DNA of 64,000 nt. Origin: Terriglobia bacterium (GTDB lineage Bacteria > Acidobacteriota > Terriglobia > 20CM-2-55-15). The stretch lies in assembly GCA_965198225.1 (NCBI GenBank), contig CBDAOY010000007.1, positions 160,001 to 224,000 of the forward strand, written 5' to 3'. The stretch's first letter is position 1; each line of letters begins with the position of its first letter. Below are positions 31,822 through 41,548 of this stretch, in pieces. The notes beneath the pieces are model-generated. The model worked only from the letters and a program-made list of their open reading frames with translations. It ran no database searches and had not been told where the DNA came from. The position numbers were made by a program, and so were the translations under genes.

Positions 31822-33072
31822 AACGTCGGCTGCATCCCGACCAAGACCCTGGTGGGGAGTGCCAAGGTCGCGTACACGGCAAGACAGGCCAGGCAATTCG
31901 GTGTGATTGTCGATGGCCCGGTTACTGTGGACATGCGGCAGGTCAAGGAACGCAAGGACGCAATCTCGGGTGCCTCGAACAAGGGCCTCACCGGCTGGCT
32001 CGAAGGCATGGAGAACGTCACGCTGGTCCGTGGGCACGCAAGGTTCGTCGGCTCCCGCCAGGTCCGGGTCAGCCAGGACACGTTTGAAGCGGAGAAGATC
32101 TTCATAGACGTAGGCGCTCGCGCCCGCATTCCCGACATCGAAGGCCTCGATGACGTGGATTATCTAACCAACTCGAGCATGATGGAAATCGACTTCCTGC
32201 CACGGCATCTGATCATTATCGGCGGCAGCTATATCGGACTGGAGTTCGCTCAGATGTATCGACGCTTTGGCGCCGAAGTCACTGTCATCGAGATGGGTGA
32301 TCGGCTCATCGCCCGCGAGGACGAAGACGTTTCGCAAACCGTGCGCGAGATCCTGGAAGGAGAAGGCGTCAACATTCGATTGAATGCGGAGTGCGTCAGA
32401 GTGCGTCGTTCCTCAGGCGGTGTCACTGTGAATGTGAGCTGCGAGGAAGAACCCCTCGAAGTCGAGGGGACCCATCTGCTGCTTGCCGTGGGGAGGACGC
32501 CCAATACCGATGACCTTGGCCTCGACAAGGCCGGCATTGAAACCGGTGGGTACGGCCACATCGTCGTCGACGATTTCCTGCGCACGAATGTCCCGGGCGT
32601 TTGGGCTATCGGCGAGGTGAACGGTCGCGGCGCATTCACGCATACGTCCTACAACGACTACGAAATCGTCGCCGCCAACCTGTTCGACGACGACCCGCGC
32701 CGCGTCACGGACCGCATTCTCTGTTACGGGCTCTTCATCGATCCACCGTTGGGCCGGGTCGGAATGACCGAGCGACAGGCAAAAGAGTCCGGCCGAAGTG
32801 TGCTGGTCGGGAAACGGGCCATGACCCGGGTGAGCCGGGCGAAAGAATTTGGAGAGACCCGCGGGTTCATGAAAGTTCTGGTGGATGCCGACAGCAAGGA
32901 GATCCTCGGTGCAGTCATCCTCGGGCTCAGCGGCGACGAAGCCATCCATTGCATTATGGACGTGATGTACACGGGGAAGCCCTACACGACGATATCCCGG
33001 GCGGTCCACATCCACCCAACGGTCGCCGAACTGATCCCAACCGTTCTTCAAGAATTGAAACCGATGACGTAA
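31552..33072 (+). CDS. Pyridine nucleotide-disulfide oxidoreductase (MerA/Lpd/RclA-like) with duplicated N-terminus
   Basis: GTGQAG, GGTCVNVGCIPTK, GGSYIG, HIHPT. Confidence 0.9.
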   Translation: MTTQLDAIVIGTGQAGPSLAGRLNREGLKTAIIERKLVGGTCVPRRRAWTQLDAIVIGTGQAGPSLAGRLNREGLKTAIIERKLVGGTCVNVGCIPTKTLVGSAKVAYTARQARQFGVIVDGPVTVDMRQVKERKDAISGASNKGLTGWLEGMENVTLVRGHARFVGSRQVRVSQDTFEAEKIFIDVGARARIPDIEGLDDVDYLTNSSMMEIDFLPRHLIIIGGSYIGLEFAQMYRRFGAEVTVIEMGDRLIAREDEDVSQTVREILEGEGVNIRLNAECVRVRRSSGGVTVNVSCEEEPLEVEGTHLLLAVGRTPNTDDLGLDKAGIETGGYGHIVVDDFLRTNVPGVWAIGEVNGRGAFTHTSYNDYEIVAANLFDDDPRRVTDRILCYGLFIDPPLGRVGMTERQAKESGRSVLVGKRAMTRVSRAKEFGETRGFMKVLVDADSKEILGAVILGLSGDEAIHCIMDVMYTGKPYTTISRAVHIHPTVAELIPTVLQELKPMT

Positions 33073-33264
33073 GGTGGGTACCGGCGCAACGCCCGAAGCG
33101 GCCGTGCGCTGGCGGACAATCAGCTGGTGTGACGGATGAGTGTTTGCCCGTGCCCGTCTTCCCCGTTCGAAAAGCGCCAGCCCTTGACCTTTAACTGTGG
33201 GGCTTCTACCCTTCGGCGAGAACCGTCATTTGTCCCAATTCTCTAAGCACATCCGCGTGTCTGT

Positions 33265-34746
33265 ATGACTCACACATTCCAACGGAGATCGTTTGCGATT
33301 GGCGTCTTCATCGTTACCCTATCGCTGCCCCTGCCGGCCGAAGGGCAAAACAATGAGTGGACTTGGAAGGCATCGGGAAGTAGCCGGACCCGGGCAGAGC
33401 TGGAAGAGATACTTCGTATTCATGAAGAATGGCGAGATTCCGATGGAAAGGGTGGTCGCCGGGCGGACCTGATCGGTGCGGACCTGACCGGCGCCGACCT
33501 GACCGGCGCGACCCTGACCGGCGCAAACTTGACCGGTGCGGACCTGACCGGCGCGAACCTGACTGGGTCGGCCTTGAAGGAGGCGATCCTGACCGGCTCA
33601 GCCCTGGACAACGCGGACCTGAGGAGGGCGATCCTGACCGGCTCAGCCCTGGACTACGCGGACCTGACCGGCGCGAATCTGACCGGCGCGGACCTGACCG
33701 ACGCGTACCTGGCCGGCGCCGACCTGAGGGAGACGATCCTGAGCGGCTCTGCCCTGGACTACGCAGACTTGAGTGAGGCGATCCTGACCGGCTCAGCCCT
33801 GGACCACGCGACCCTGACCGGCGCGAACCTCATCGATGCGGACCTGACTGGCGCGACCCTGAGCGAGGCGATCCTGGACAACGCGATCCTGTCGCGCGTC
33901 GACCTGACCGGCGCTAACCTGACCGGCGCGAACCTGGCCTTCGCGGACCTGACCGATGCGGACCTGACCGGCGCGACGCTGACCGGCGCAAACCTGACCC
34001 GCGCGAACTTGCAAGCTGCGATCTTTCAACCGAATTCCGTTCCGGAAAGCAGAGATGTTGCAACGGCGGAAAATCTGCAGTTTCTTAGGTATGAAAATGC
34101 TCCGGAGGCTCTTGTTCAGCTTCGCAACGTCTTCAAGAACGGCGGCTTTCTGGATCAAGAACGGAAGATCACCTACGCGCTAAGAAGACGCCAGGCTGAG
34201 TTACTTTGGGAAGAATGCGATTCAGCCAGCTTGTTGGCCTGTGGAGCCTATGCCTTCGACAGAATATTCTTCGACATGACTTCCCACTATGGAATGAACC
34301 CGAGTCGGCCGCTGCTGCTGGCGTTAGCCGGTTGGTTTCTATTCACGCTGATATACCGCCTGTTCATTCACTTCCCTGGAGCCTCCGGTGTTTATGTTGT
34401 AAAAAGGGGAATCTATGCAGGACGTGAACACACCAGGAGACTTCAGATTCGTCGCAGAGCTGTTCCGCCGGCGCAGAGATGGAGCCGTACCTGGAAGTAT
34501 CCGCTTCACATGTTTCTTCGAGAGTGGCGTCTCGCTCGCGCAGCCATGTTTTTCAGCTTGATGTCTACCTTTAACCTCGGATTTCAGGCTCTCAACTTTG
34601 GACGGTCGTTGAGGATGCTCACGAAGCGAGAATACGACATGAAGGCGATCGGATGGGTTCGGACGGTGGCAGGTTTTCAATCGCTGATCAGCGTGTACTT
34701 GATAGCATTGTGGGTCCTTACATATTTCGGCAGACCGTTTGAGTAG
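33265..34746 (+). CDS. Pentapeptide-repeat protein with C-terminal membrane domain
   Basis: Long A(D/N)LTG repeat tract, then TM-helix-TM. Confidence 0.9.
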   Translation: MTHTFQRRSFAIGVFIVTLSLPLPAEGQNNEWTWKASGSSRTRAELEEILRIHEEWRDSDGKGGRRADLIGADLTGADLTGATLTGANLTGADLTGANLTGSALKEAILTGSALDNADLRRAILTGSALDYADLTGANLTGADLTDAYLAGADLRETILSGSALDYADLSEAILTGSALDHATLTGANLIDADLTGATLSEAILDNAILSRVDLTGANLTGANLAFADLTDADLTGATLTGANLTRANLQAAIFQPNSVPESRDVATAENLQFLRYENAPEALVQLRNVFKNGGFLDQERKITYALRRRQAELLWEECDSASLLACGAYAFDRIFFDMTSHYGMNPSRPLLLALAGWFLFTLIYRLFIHFPGASGVYVVKRGIYAGREHTRRLQIRRRAVPPAQRWSRTWKYPLHMFLREWRLARAAMFFSLMSTFNLGFQALNFGRSLRMLTKREYDMKAIGWVRTVAGFQSLISVYLIALWVLTYFGRPFE

Positions 34747-34823
34747 GTCTTCATTCAGTGACTGATCCGATCACTAGTCTCAGCGAACGAAGACCGCCAA
34801 GGTGCGCTCGAAACGAGGTATCC

Positions 34824-35363
34824 ATGGATTATCCGATGAATCCCGATTTGAAAGTTGGCAACGAGTTCCCCGACTTTGAGTTGCCCGACCAAGATGGAAA
34901 GGCCCAACGTCTGTCCAAACTCATTCGGGGCTTTCCGACCGTTCTGATCTTCAGCCGGGGTTACTATTGACCAAAAGATCGTCGTCAGTTGACGACGTAC
35001 GTGAAAGAGTTGCAGCCGGAGTTTCGCGTCAACTATTGCAAGATGATCACTGTATCGGTCGATGACCGGATGAACACTAATGAGACGCGGACGGCGCTCG
35101 CGGCGGACTGGCCGTTCTTGATGGACCCGGACCGCACGCTGCTCCCCGAGCTACAGATGGTCGACCGAACGGATCCGGTGCATGGCGAGGTTTACATTCC
35201 GTATACATTCATCCTTGATCGGGGCCGGACCATATACAAGATCTACAACGGTTGGTGGTTTGTGGGTCGGCCGACGGTTGAGGAGATTCGAATGGACTTG
35301 CGGGCTCTCATGAGTCAACGTCCTGACTGGGTCTATTCGGACGAACAGTCCGCTGCAGGCTGA
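34824..35363 (+). CDS. Peroxiredoxin-like (AhpC/TSA, redoxin) selenoprotein; TGA 34968-34970 read as Sec
   Basis: ORFs 34758..34970 and 34989..35363 share a frame; FPDFELPDQDG..FSRGYY-U-PKD..ITVSVD..PYTFILD. Confidence 0.85.
34980..34997 (+). promoter_or_regulatory. Candidate bacterial SECIS hairpin
   Basis: CGUCGUC-AGUU-GACGACG; the loop follows the UGA by 16 nt. Confidence 0.7.
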
Positions 35364-35382
35364 GAACGCTACCTGGCCAAAG

Positions 35383-36197
35383 ATGACTTCATACGTTCTA
35401 CGTTGCACGATCATCGCTGTTTGCTCAGCGGCGACAGCTACGATGCTCGGTGCCCAGGGCTCGAAACCCGCACTCCTTCAGGGTTCGGAGCTCGAGCACT
35501 TTCTCAAGACAGCAGACATCACTCACATCGAAAACACCGATCGCGGCGTCACAGGATCAAAGAAAGTGACGCTCGAACACGATTCGTTGACGTATTTCGC
35601 GGTTTTCAAAACGATCGATGAGTTTTTGAGCGGACAGACAACGCAGCGAAGTGGTAGTACGGCGGCCGATCCCCATGACAGCTGGAAGACGGAAGTCGCG
35701 GCATACGAACTGGACAAAATGATCGGTCTCGGGATGGTTCCGGCTACGGTCGAGCGTCGCCACGGTCGCGAGCTGGGATCAATGCAGTGGTGGGTCGAAA
35801 ACACGATGGCCGAGCGAGACCGGATCGAAGAGGGCATCCGACCGCCCGACCCGGCGGGGTGGACCGAACAGACGTACACCATCTGGTTGTTCGACAACCT
35901 GATTTACAACGTGGACCGCAATCTGGATAACATGTTGGTCACAGAGGACTGGCGGGTTTACCTGATCGACCATTCTCGATCTTTTCGGAGTGTCAAAGAG
36001 CTGCAGCGCCCGATGCTCCGGTTTTCAAGATCGCTGCTGGATGCGATCGGGAAACTTGACGAAATCTCCCTACAGGAACGGTTGGGACCCTACCTTAGCA
36101 CTTCCCAGATCGGCGCACTCCTGGAACGTCGTGATCGGATACTGGAACGGGCACGCGACCGGATTGCCGGGGAGCGGAAAACGTGCTCTACAACTAG
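35383..36197 (+). CDS. Exported kinase-fold (PI3/4-kinase/CotH-like) protein; probable frameshift near the 3' end
   Basis: AVFK, EVAAY, NVDRNLDN, LIDHSRSF; an alternate frame ends GAENVLYN-stop at 36197, which removes the overlap with the next gene. Confidence 0.7.
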
Positions 36198-36225
36198 TCT
36201 GCGGCCCTATCAGGGCCCCGTTCAC

Positions 36226-36948
36226 CTATGTAATCACTTCTCCATCCGGTCCGCAGCACATGCTGTCTTCGGGCTCCTTCTCGTGATCGACGGCGATCCC
36301 GGCTTTCTCTAATCGATCCTCAAATCCTTCCCGCCAGCCGGGCGATAAGGCTCGGATCTGAATCACCTTCTTGCAGTCTTCGAGGTTCTTCCGGTCGAAG
36401 TAGTACAAGTGGCATACGTCTCGAACGCTCATTCCGGCGGGGTCCCTTCTCAACGGCTCGAAAGAGTCGCCGGCGCCGACTTCCCCTTCTTCCAGGACCC
36501 GAAAATAAAAGCCCACGCGGCAGCTCTGAAGAAACATCTTTGGAAATTGCACGTTCTCCATCTTGATTCCGAGCCTGTAGCAGGGGACCCGTGGCTGAGT
36601 GACCTCGACACGGGCGTCTCCGACTTTGAACACATCGCCGACCTGGATCTTGTCTTCCGGCATTCCTTCGACGGTGAAGTTCTCTCCGAACTGCGGGTGC
36701 TTGAAATCGTTGCGGCCGAGTTCCTGCGCCCAGCGGTTGTAGTTCTCGATCGAGTAGACACAGGCTGCCTTGTAGATCCCCCCGTGACCTTTCAAATCCA
36801 CCTGCTGGTCGCCGTCCAGATTCAGGGTTCGAAGCATGACCCGGCCACTTACCGGTTCTTTGAAGATTCCGGTTGCGACCGTCTTGCCCATGTAGGGAAC
36901 TTCTTTCCTGAGAGAGACACTCACCGTGAGAAGCTTCATGACGTCCAC
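36226..36948 (-). CDS. MOSC plus 3-alpha domain protein (YiiM-like)
   Basis: TGIFK, GDQQVD..HGG, FGENFT, QPRVPCYRL. Confidence 0.9.
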   Translation of the reverse strand: MDVMKLLTVSVSLRKEVPYMGKTVATGIFKEPVSGRVMLRTLNLDGDQQVDLKGHGGIYKAACVYSIENYNRWAQELGRNDFKHPQFGENFTVEGMPEDKIQVGDVFKVGDARVEVTQPRVPCYRLGIKMENVQFPKMFLQSCRVGFYFRVLEEGEVGAGDSFEPLRRDPAGMSVRDVCHLYYFDRKNLEDCKKVIQIRALSPGWREGFEDRLEKAGIAVDHEKEPEDSMCCGPDGEVIT

Positions 36949-37078
36949 TCCTTTCAGCCGAAGGTCGGGAGTGTCCCTTCCTTACAGCGGCTGACGTATT
37001 GCTCACCCGCTTTCTGCCGGAATCTCCGCATCCGCTCGACAGCCAGATTGCCGCCTCCCCGGATCGCCAAGCGCCAGT

Positions 37079-37354
37079 CTAGTGTCCTGAGTTAGAAGTT
37101 CGTTCACTATCTCCGATGGATGTTGCCACTCGCTGGGTGGACGTTGAACCGATCGACAACGGGGGTATGCACGCGGCCGGCTCGGCCCTCACAACCGGCA
37201 ACTTCCATCGGCCCTGCGGGTTCGGGCGGAACGGCGCTGTCTTTGGAGTCGCTCCGCCTCGCAATGAATGAGCATTGGCTCGTCGTCGCTCCGCCAAATC
37301 CAGTGTCGTTGCGCTCCGAAATATAGCAAACGCACTTCTAATTCAGAACACTAG
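37079..37354. mobile_element. MITE copy 2 (276 bp, CTAG ends), inverted relative to copy 1
   Basis: 32-bp terminal inverted repeats, 27/32 identical; interior alignable with 29099-29367. Confidence 0.8.
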
Positions 37355-37415
37355 AGTAGGTGGAACAGTCAAGATAACGTAAAATTTTCGGTTTCTGGCT
37401 GTGGAGGGAATCACC

Positions 37416-38300
37416 ATGCTGCGAAAACGAGACGGATGCGCGTTGGCTCTGGTCGCCGTCCTGGCTAGCACCGCTTGCACCACGTCTTCGGAACGGCCGG
37501 CAGAACCGCTGCGGTTTTCGGGCATCCCGGACCAGAACACAACCGAGTTGGAAGAAAGATTCCAACCTTTTGCCGAACATCTCTCCCGGCAGCTCGGAGT
37601 CCCGGTGGAATACGTTCCATCCCGCGACTACCAGGCCGCCGTGGAGATGTTCAAGAACGGAGATATCGTCCTGGCATGGTTCGGCGGGCTGACCGGCGTG
37701 CAGGCACGCGCCGGGGTGCCTGGGGCTCGAGCCATTGCGCAGGGAGACACGGACCCGGAGTGCTATTCGTATTTCATCGCGCACCGGGACACCGGTTTGA
37801 CGCAGAAGGACGAATTTCCGAGCGATATCGGGAACTTCAAGTTTACCTTCGGCAGCGACAGTTCCACGTCCGGGAGACTGATGCCGGAGTACTTCATCCG
37901 CCAGTACACAGGTAAATCGCCCCGGGATTTTTTTACCGACCCGTTGGGCTTTTCTGGAAGCCACGACAAGACGGTCGAGCTGGTTGAGAGTGGCCAGTAC
38001 GAGGTTGGAGCTGTCAATTATCTCGTCTACGAACGGAGGGTGAATGAGGGTACCACCGACCCCGATGTCGCCCGCATAATCTGGCAGACTCCCACTTACG
38101 TCGACTACCACTGGGTCGCGCACCCGCAGATCGAGCAGGTGTTTGGCGAGGGGTTTACCGAGAGAATACAAGAGGCCCTCATCGGGATCACGGATTCGAG
38201 CCTGCTGTCGGCTCTTCCCAGAGAGCGCCTGATTCCGGCTGCCGATGAGGACTACGACCAGCTGCGGAATGTGGCCGAGCAATTGGGGATGCTGCGTTGA
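37416..38300 (+). CDS. PhnD-fold substrate-binding lipoprotein, putative selenate-binding subfamily
   Basis: Lipobox STAC; IPDQ, WFGGLTGVQAR, FTFGSDSSTSGRLMP, GFSGSHDKT. Confidence 0.85.
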   Translation: MLRKRDGCALALVAVLASTACTTSSERPAEPLRFSGIPDQNTTELEERFQPFAEHLSRQLGVPVEYVPSRDYQAAVEMFKNGDIVLAWFGGLTGVQARAGVPGARAIAQGDTDPECYSYFIAHRDTGLTQKDEFPSDIGNFKFTFGSDSSTSGRLMPEYFIRQYTGKSPRDFFTDPLGFSGSHDKTVELVESGQYEVGAVNYLVYERRVNEGTTDPDVARIIWQTPTYVDYHWVAHPQIEQVFGEGFTERIQEALIGITDSSLLSALPRERLIPAADEDYDQLRNVAEQLGMLR

Positions 38301-39061
38301 TTATGGAAGACGATTCGGAGAAGGGGCTGTCGCTGGAGGGGGTGTCGGTCGAATTCGGATCCCTTACAGCGCTCCGCGGCATCCATCTCGAAGTCGGCAG
38401 GGCCGAGAGACTCGGACTCGTGGGACTGAGTGGAGCCGGGAAGACCACGCTGCTCCGCCTCTTCAATGGCATGGTCCGGCCCACTCGCGGCCACGTGCGC
38501 ACGCTTGGACAGCGGCTCGATGCTCTTTCGCTCAGCAACCTGCGTAGTGTCCGGGCGCGCGTCGGCTTCGTGCATCAGGAGCTCAACCTGATTCCAAACC
38601 TGAATGCGCTTCAAAACGTGCTGCTGGGAAGACTCGGCCAGATCTCCACAGCTCGGGCTCTCGCACTGCTGACCTTCTCCTCCGGGCAGATCCTGACGGA
38701 AGTCCACGAACTCCTGGACCGGGTCGAGATCGGAGAAAAACTCTACGAAAGGGTGGACCGCCTTTCAGGGGGCGAGCGCCAGCGTGTCGCGATCGCCCGA
38801 GCTCTCTTCCAGAGACCCGAAATCCTGCTTGCCGACGAACCCGTTTCCAGCGTGGACCCGGCCAGGGCAAGATCGGTCTTGGAACTTCTTATCGACCTTG
38901 CGCAGGAACACGGGCTCACGCTTTGCGTCAGCCTTCACAACCTTGGTCTCGCGCGCGAATTCTTCCCGCGCCTGGCCGGGATGAGGGCTGGGGAAATCGT
39001 CTTTGACCGGCCGGCTGATGCCATCGCGGAAAGGGAATTTCAAAGTCTCTTCGAGCTATGA
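38297..39061 (+). CDS. PhnC-like ABC ATPase
   Basis: GLSGAGKT, LSGGERQ, LADEP. Confidence 0.9.
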   Translation: MIMEDDSEKGLSLEGVSVEFGSLTALRGIHLEVGRAERLGLVGLSGAGKTTLLRLFNGMVRPTRGHVRTLGQRLDALSLSNLRSVRARVGFVHQELNLIPNLNALQNVLLGRLGQISTARALALLTFSSGQILTEVHELLDRVEIGEKLYERVDRLSGGERQRVAIARALFQRPEILLADEPVSSVDPARARSVLELLIDLAQEHGLTLCVSLHNLGLAREFFPRLAGMRAGEIVFDRPADAIAEREFQSLFEL

Positions 39062-39984
39062 CGGATCACAAGAACTCCATTGTTCGGTTTCTTGGCGAAG
39101 CGACGAAATCACCTCCTCGGGTATCCCTGGTCCCAAGAGCCAGGACGGGCGTATTGCTTGCGATCACCGCTCTGGCGGTGTGGGCGTTCTGGCACCTGGG
39201 ATTGCGGCCTTCGAGTCTAATTCCTTCCGCGCCGAGCCTCCAGGTGGCGATGGAGTTCTTCTCCCGGGCGCTGACCCCCGCCCTGGATTATGAGTCTTCA
39301 AACCTGCCTCCCGGTATCGTGTCCCTGCCATGGAAAGCCATCCAGGCCGCCGGAAACACCGTCATTTTCGCATCCGCCGCCATGACCCTCGCGGTTCCCC
39401 TTGCCCTGCTGCTCGGTTTTCTCGCCGCCACGGCATGGTGGACCCAGGACCCGGTTGGGGGCAGTTCTTCCTCGCGCAGGTCTGTGAAGGGAATGTTCCG
39501 GCCACTGGCCTACGGAAGCACGAGGCTTCTGATAGCCCTCATGCGCTCGATTCACGAGTTGCTCTGGGCGGTTCTCTTATTGGCGGCCTTCGGGCTGCTC
39601 CACGTCAATGCGGTTATCGCTCTGGCAATCCCCTTTGCGGGCGTACTGGCCAAGATCTTTTCAGAGATCATCGATGAGGCCCCGCGGGACACGGCACATG
39701 CTCTACGGGGAGCCGGGGCGTCGCCGTCGCAAATCTTCCTGTTCGCGCTGTTGCCGCGCGCCTTGCCCGACATGACCGCTTACACCTTCTACCGCTTCGA
39801 ATGCGCATTGCGTTCGTCGGCGGTGCTGGGCTTCTTCGGCTTCCCGACGCTCGGCTACTACATGGCCGCTTCTTTTGAAAACCTCTACTACGGCGAAGTC
39901 TGGACATACCTCTACGCCCTGTTCCTGCTGATCGTCATCGTGGAGTGGTGGAGCGGAGTCATCCGGCGGCGGTTTGCTCCATGA
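39058..39984 (+). CDS. PhnE-like ABC permease
   Basis: RSIHELLWA, YRFECALRSSAVLG. Confidence 0.9.
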   Translation: MTDHKNSIVRFLGEATKSPPRVSLVPRARTGVLLAITALAVWAFWHLGLRPSSLIPSAPSLQVAMEFFSRALTPALDYESSNLPPGIVSLPWKAIQAAGNTVIFASAAMTLAVPLALLLGFLAATAWWTQDPVGGSSSSRRSVKGMFRPLAYGSTRLLIALMRSIHELLWAVLLLAAFGLLHVNAVIALAIPFAGVLAKIFSEIIDEAPRDTAHALRGAGASPSQIFLFALLPRALPDMTAYTFYRFECALRSSAVLGFFGFPTLGYYMAASFENLYYGEVWTYLYALFLLIVIVEWWSGVIRRRFAP

Positions 39985-40905
39985 CGCGCCACTCCCAGAC
40001 CGTGGCTCGGCTGAAGAAGGAGCGCCCCAAGAACTGGACGGCGCGTGCCAGCGTGCTTGCGTTGTTCGTCCTTGGGGTAGGATCCTGGATAGTGGGCGAT
40101 TTCGGTACTGGTGCCATGTTCTCCGAAAGACGCTTGACGAACCTCGGGAGCTTTCTCGGCGAGCTTCGCCCCTATCCGCTCCAGTCCACGTCGTTCGACA
40201 GTGGAGTTCTTTTCCGTTGGGTTTGGGAATTGATGCAGTCCAAGGGCCTGGAGGCCACCATGACAACGCTGGCGATCTCCATCGCCGCCATCTTTCTTGC
40301 CGGGTGCGGCGGAGCGATTCTGTCCGTGCTTGCGACGCGTACGCTGCTAACGCCCTCCCCGTTTCTCCCTGCCCTGCGAGCGATCCCGTGGCCGGTGCAA
40401 TTGCTGTGGGGAGGGGTCGTAACCGGATCCAGGTTGTTCATGATCTTCGCGCGCTCCATTCCGGAATACATCTGGGCGTTCCTGTTCCTGGCCGTGCTGG
40501 GCCCAATTGCCTGGCCGCTGGTTCTGGCCCTTGCCGTGCATAACACCGGTATTCTCGGCAGGCTGGGCGCGGAGGTGGTGGAGAACACGGAGTCCCGGCC
40601 GGTGACGGCGCTTCGTGCTCTAGGGGCGACGCGCTCGCAGATTGTCTTCTCCGCGTTCTATCCCCTCGCGTTTTCTCGCTTCCTGCTCTTCTTCCTGTAC
40701 CGCTGGGAGACCTGCGTTCGGGAAGCGACGGTTCTTGGAATGTTGGGCATAGCGCGCTTCCTCGCTCGGCTTCTGGATTCAGGATGCGCGGGCGCGCAAC
40801 CATTACGACGAAATGTTCTTCTTGATTCTGCTGGGCGGGACCCTGGTCCTGATCGGAGACCTGCTCTCGGCTGGAGCGCGCGAGTGGGTCCGCCGCCAGA
40901 CCTGA
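39981..40905 (+). CDS. Second PhnE-like permease, frameshifted near 40755
   Basis: RSIPEYIWA, YRWETCVREATVLG; continues in another frame SLGFWIQDARARNHYDEM..to TGA 40905. Confidence 0.8.
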
Positions 40906-41305
40906 TCGATCGGCCCTGGATTATCGAAGGGCAGCCATGCACGTATGCAAAGTTGGCATTTAGCGCAATCTGGTCGAGGAGCCCAGGGTCAGAGTGCTCA
41001 TCAATGGCACGGCGCACGAAGGCGAGGCCCGGATCATTGACCGGGAAAGTGATCAGTTCGAGCCGTTGATGAGGAAACTAAGACCGCGGACGTTTAAGCG
41101 AGCCATGCGCATCAACGCTGTGCTGATCGAAGTGGACCTCTCCGTCTAGGCGAGTTTCGGGAAGCCGCTGGAGATTTCGAATTCGATGACGAAATGGATG
41201 CCCGACTGGAAGGATCAGCGTTAGGGGGCCATTGATGTCCAAAACTGCTGGAGGAAACCTCCGGAGACGGGTTAAGGCTGTTGGGAGGCGCGAGCTTCAG
41301 GATCG

Positions 41306-41377
41306 GGTGTAGGTGCGCTCTATGAGCGCACATCGTTTCGGCTTGAAGACTGTGCGGTCATAGACCGCACCTACACC
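41306..41377. repeat. REP doublet
   Basis: Close match to 14124-14195. Confidence 0.85.
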
Positions 41378-41548
41378 TCCTCAGGAGCTCCGCCCTTCCA
41401 ATTTTGGACAAGGATGTTCGGGAGCCGCCGGTCGCGGGCGGCCCATTGTTCAACTCGAGGACCGGAATCTGAGACCCGCCGGGCGGCGAAAGAACGTGCC
41501 TCAGGATACGGTGATGAAGCGACAGATCATTCAAATGGAGATGGATCG

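Noticed and set aside
31552-33072. merA call
   Set aside because: No C-terminal CC pair, no NmerA domain, no mer operon
33470-34010. 15-bp DNA repeats as a non-coding array
   Set aside because: Fully explained by pentapeptide coding
37416-40905. phnCDE gene symbols
   Set aside because: No phosphonate catabolic genes nearby; motifs fit a different subfamily
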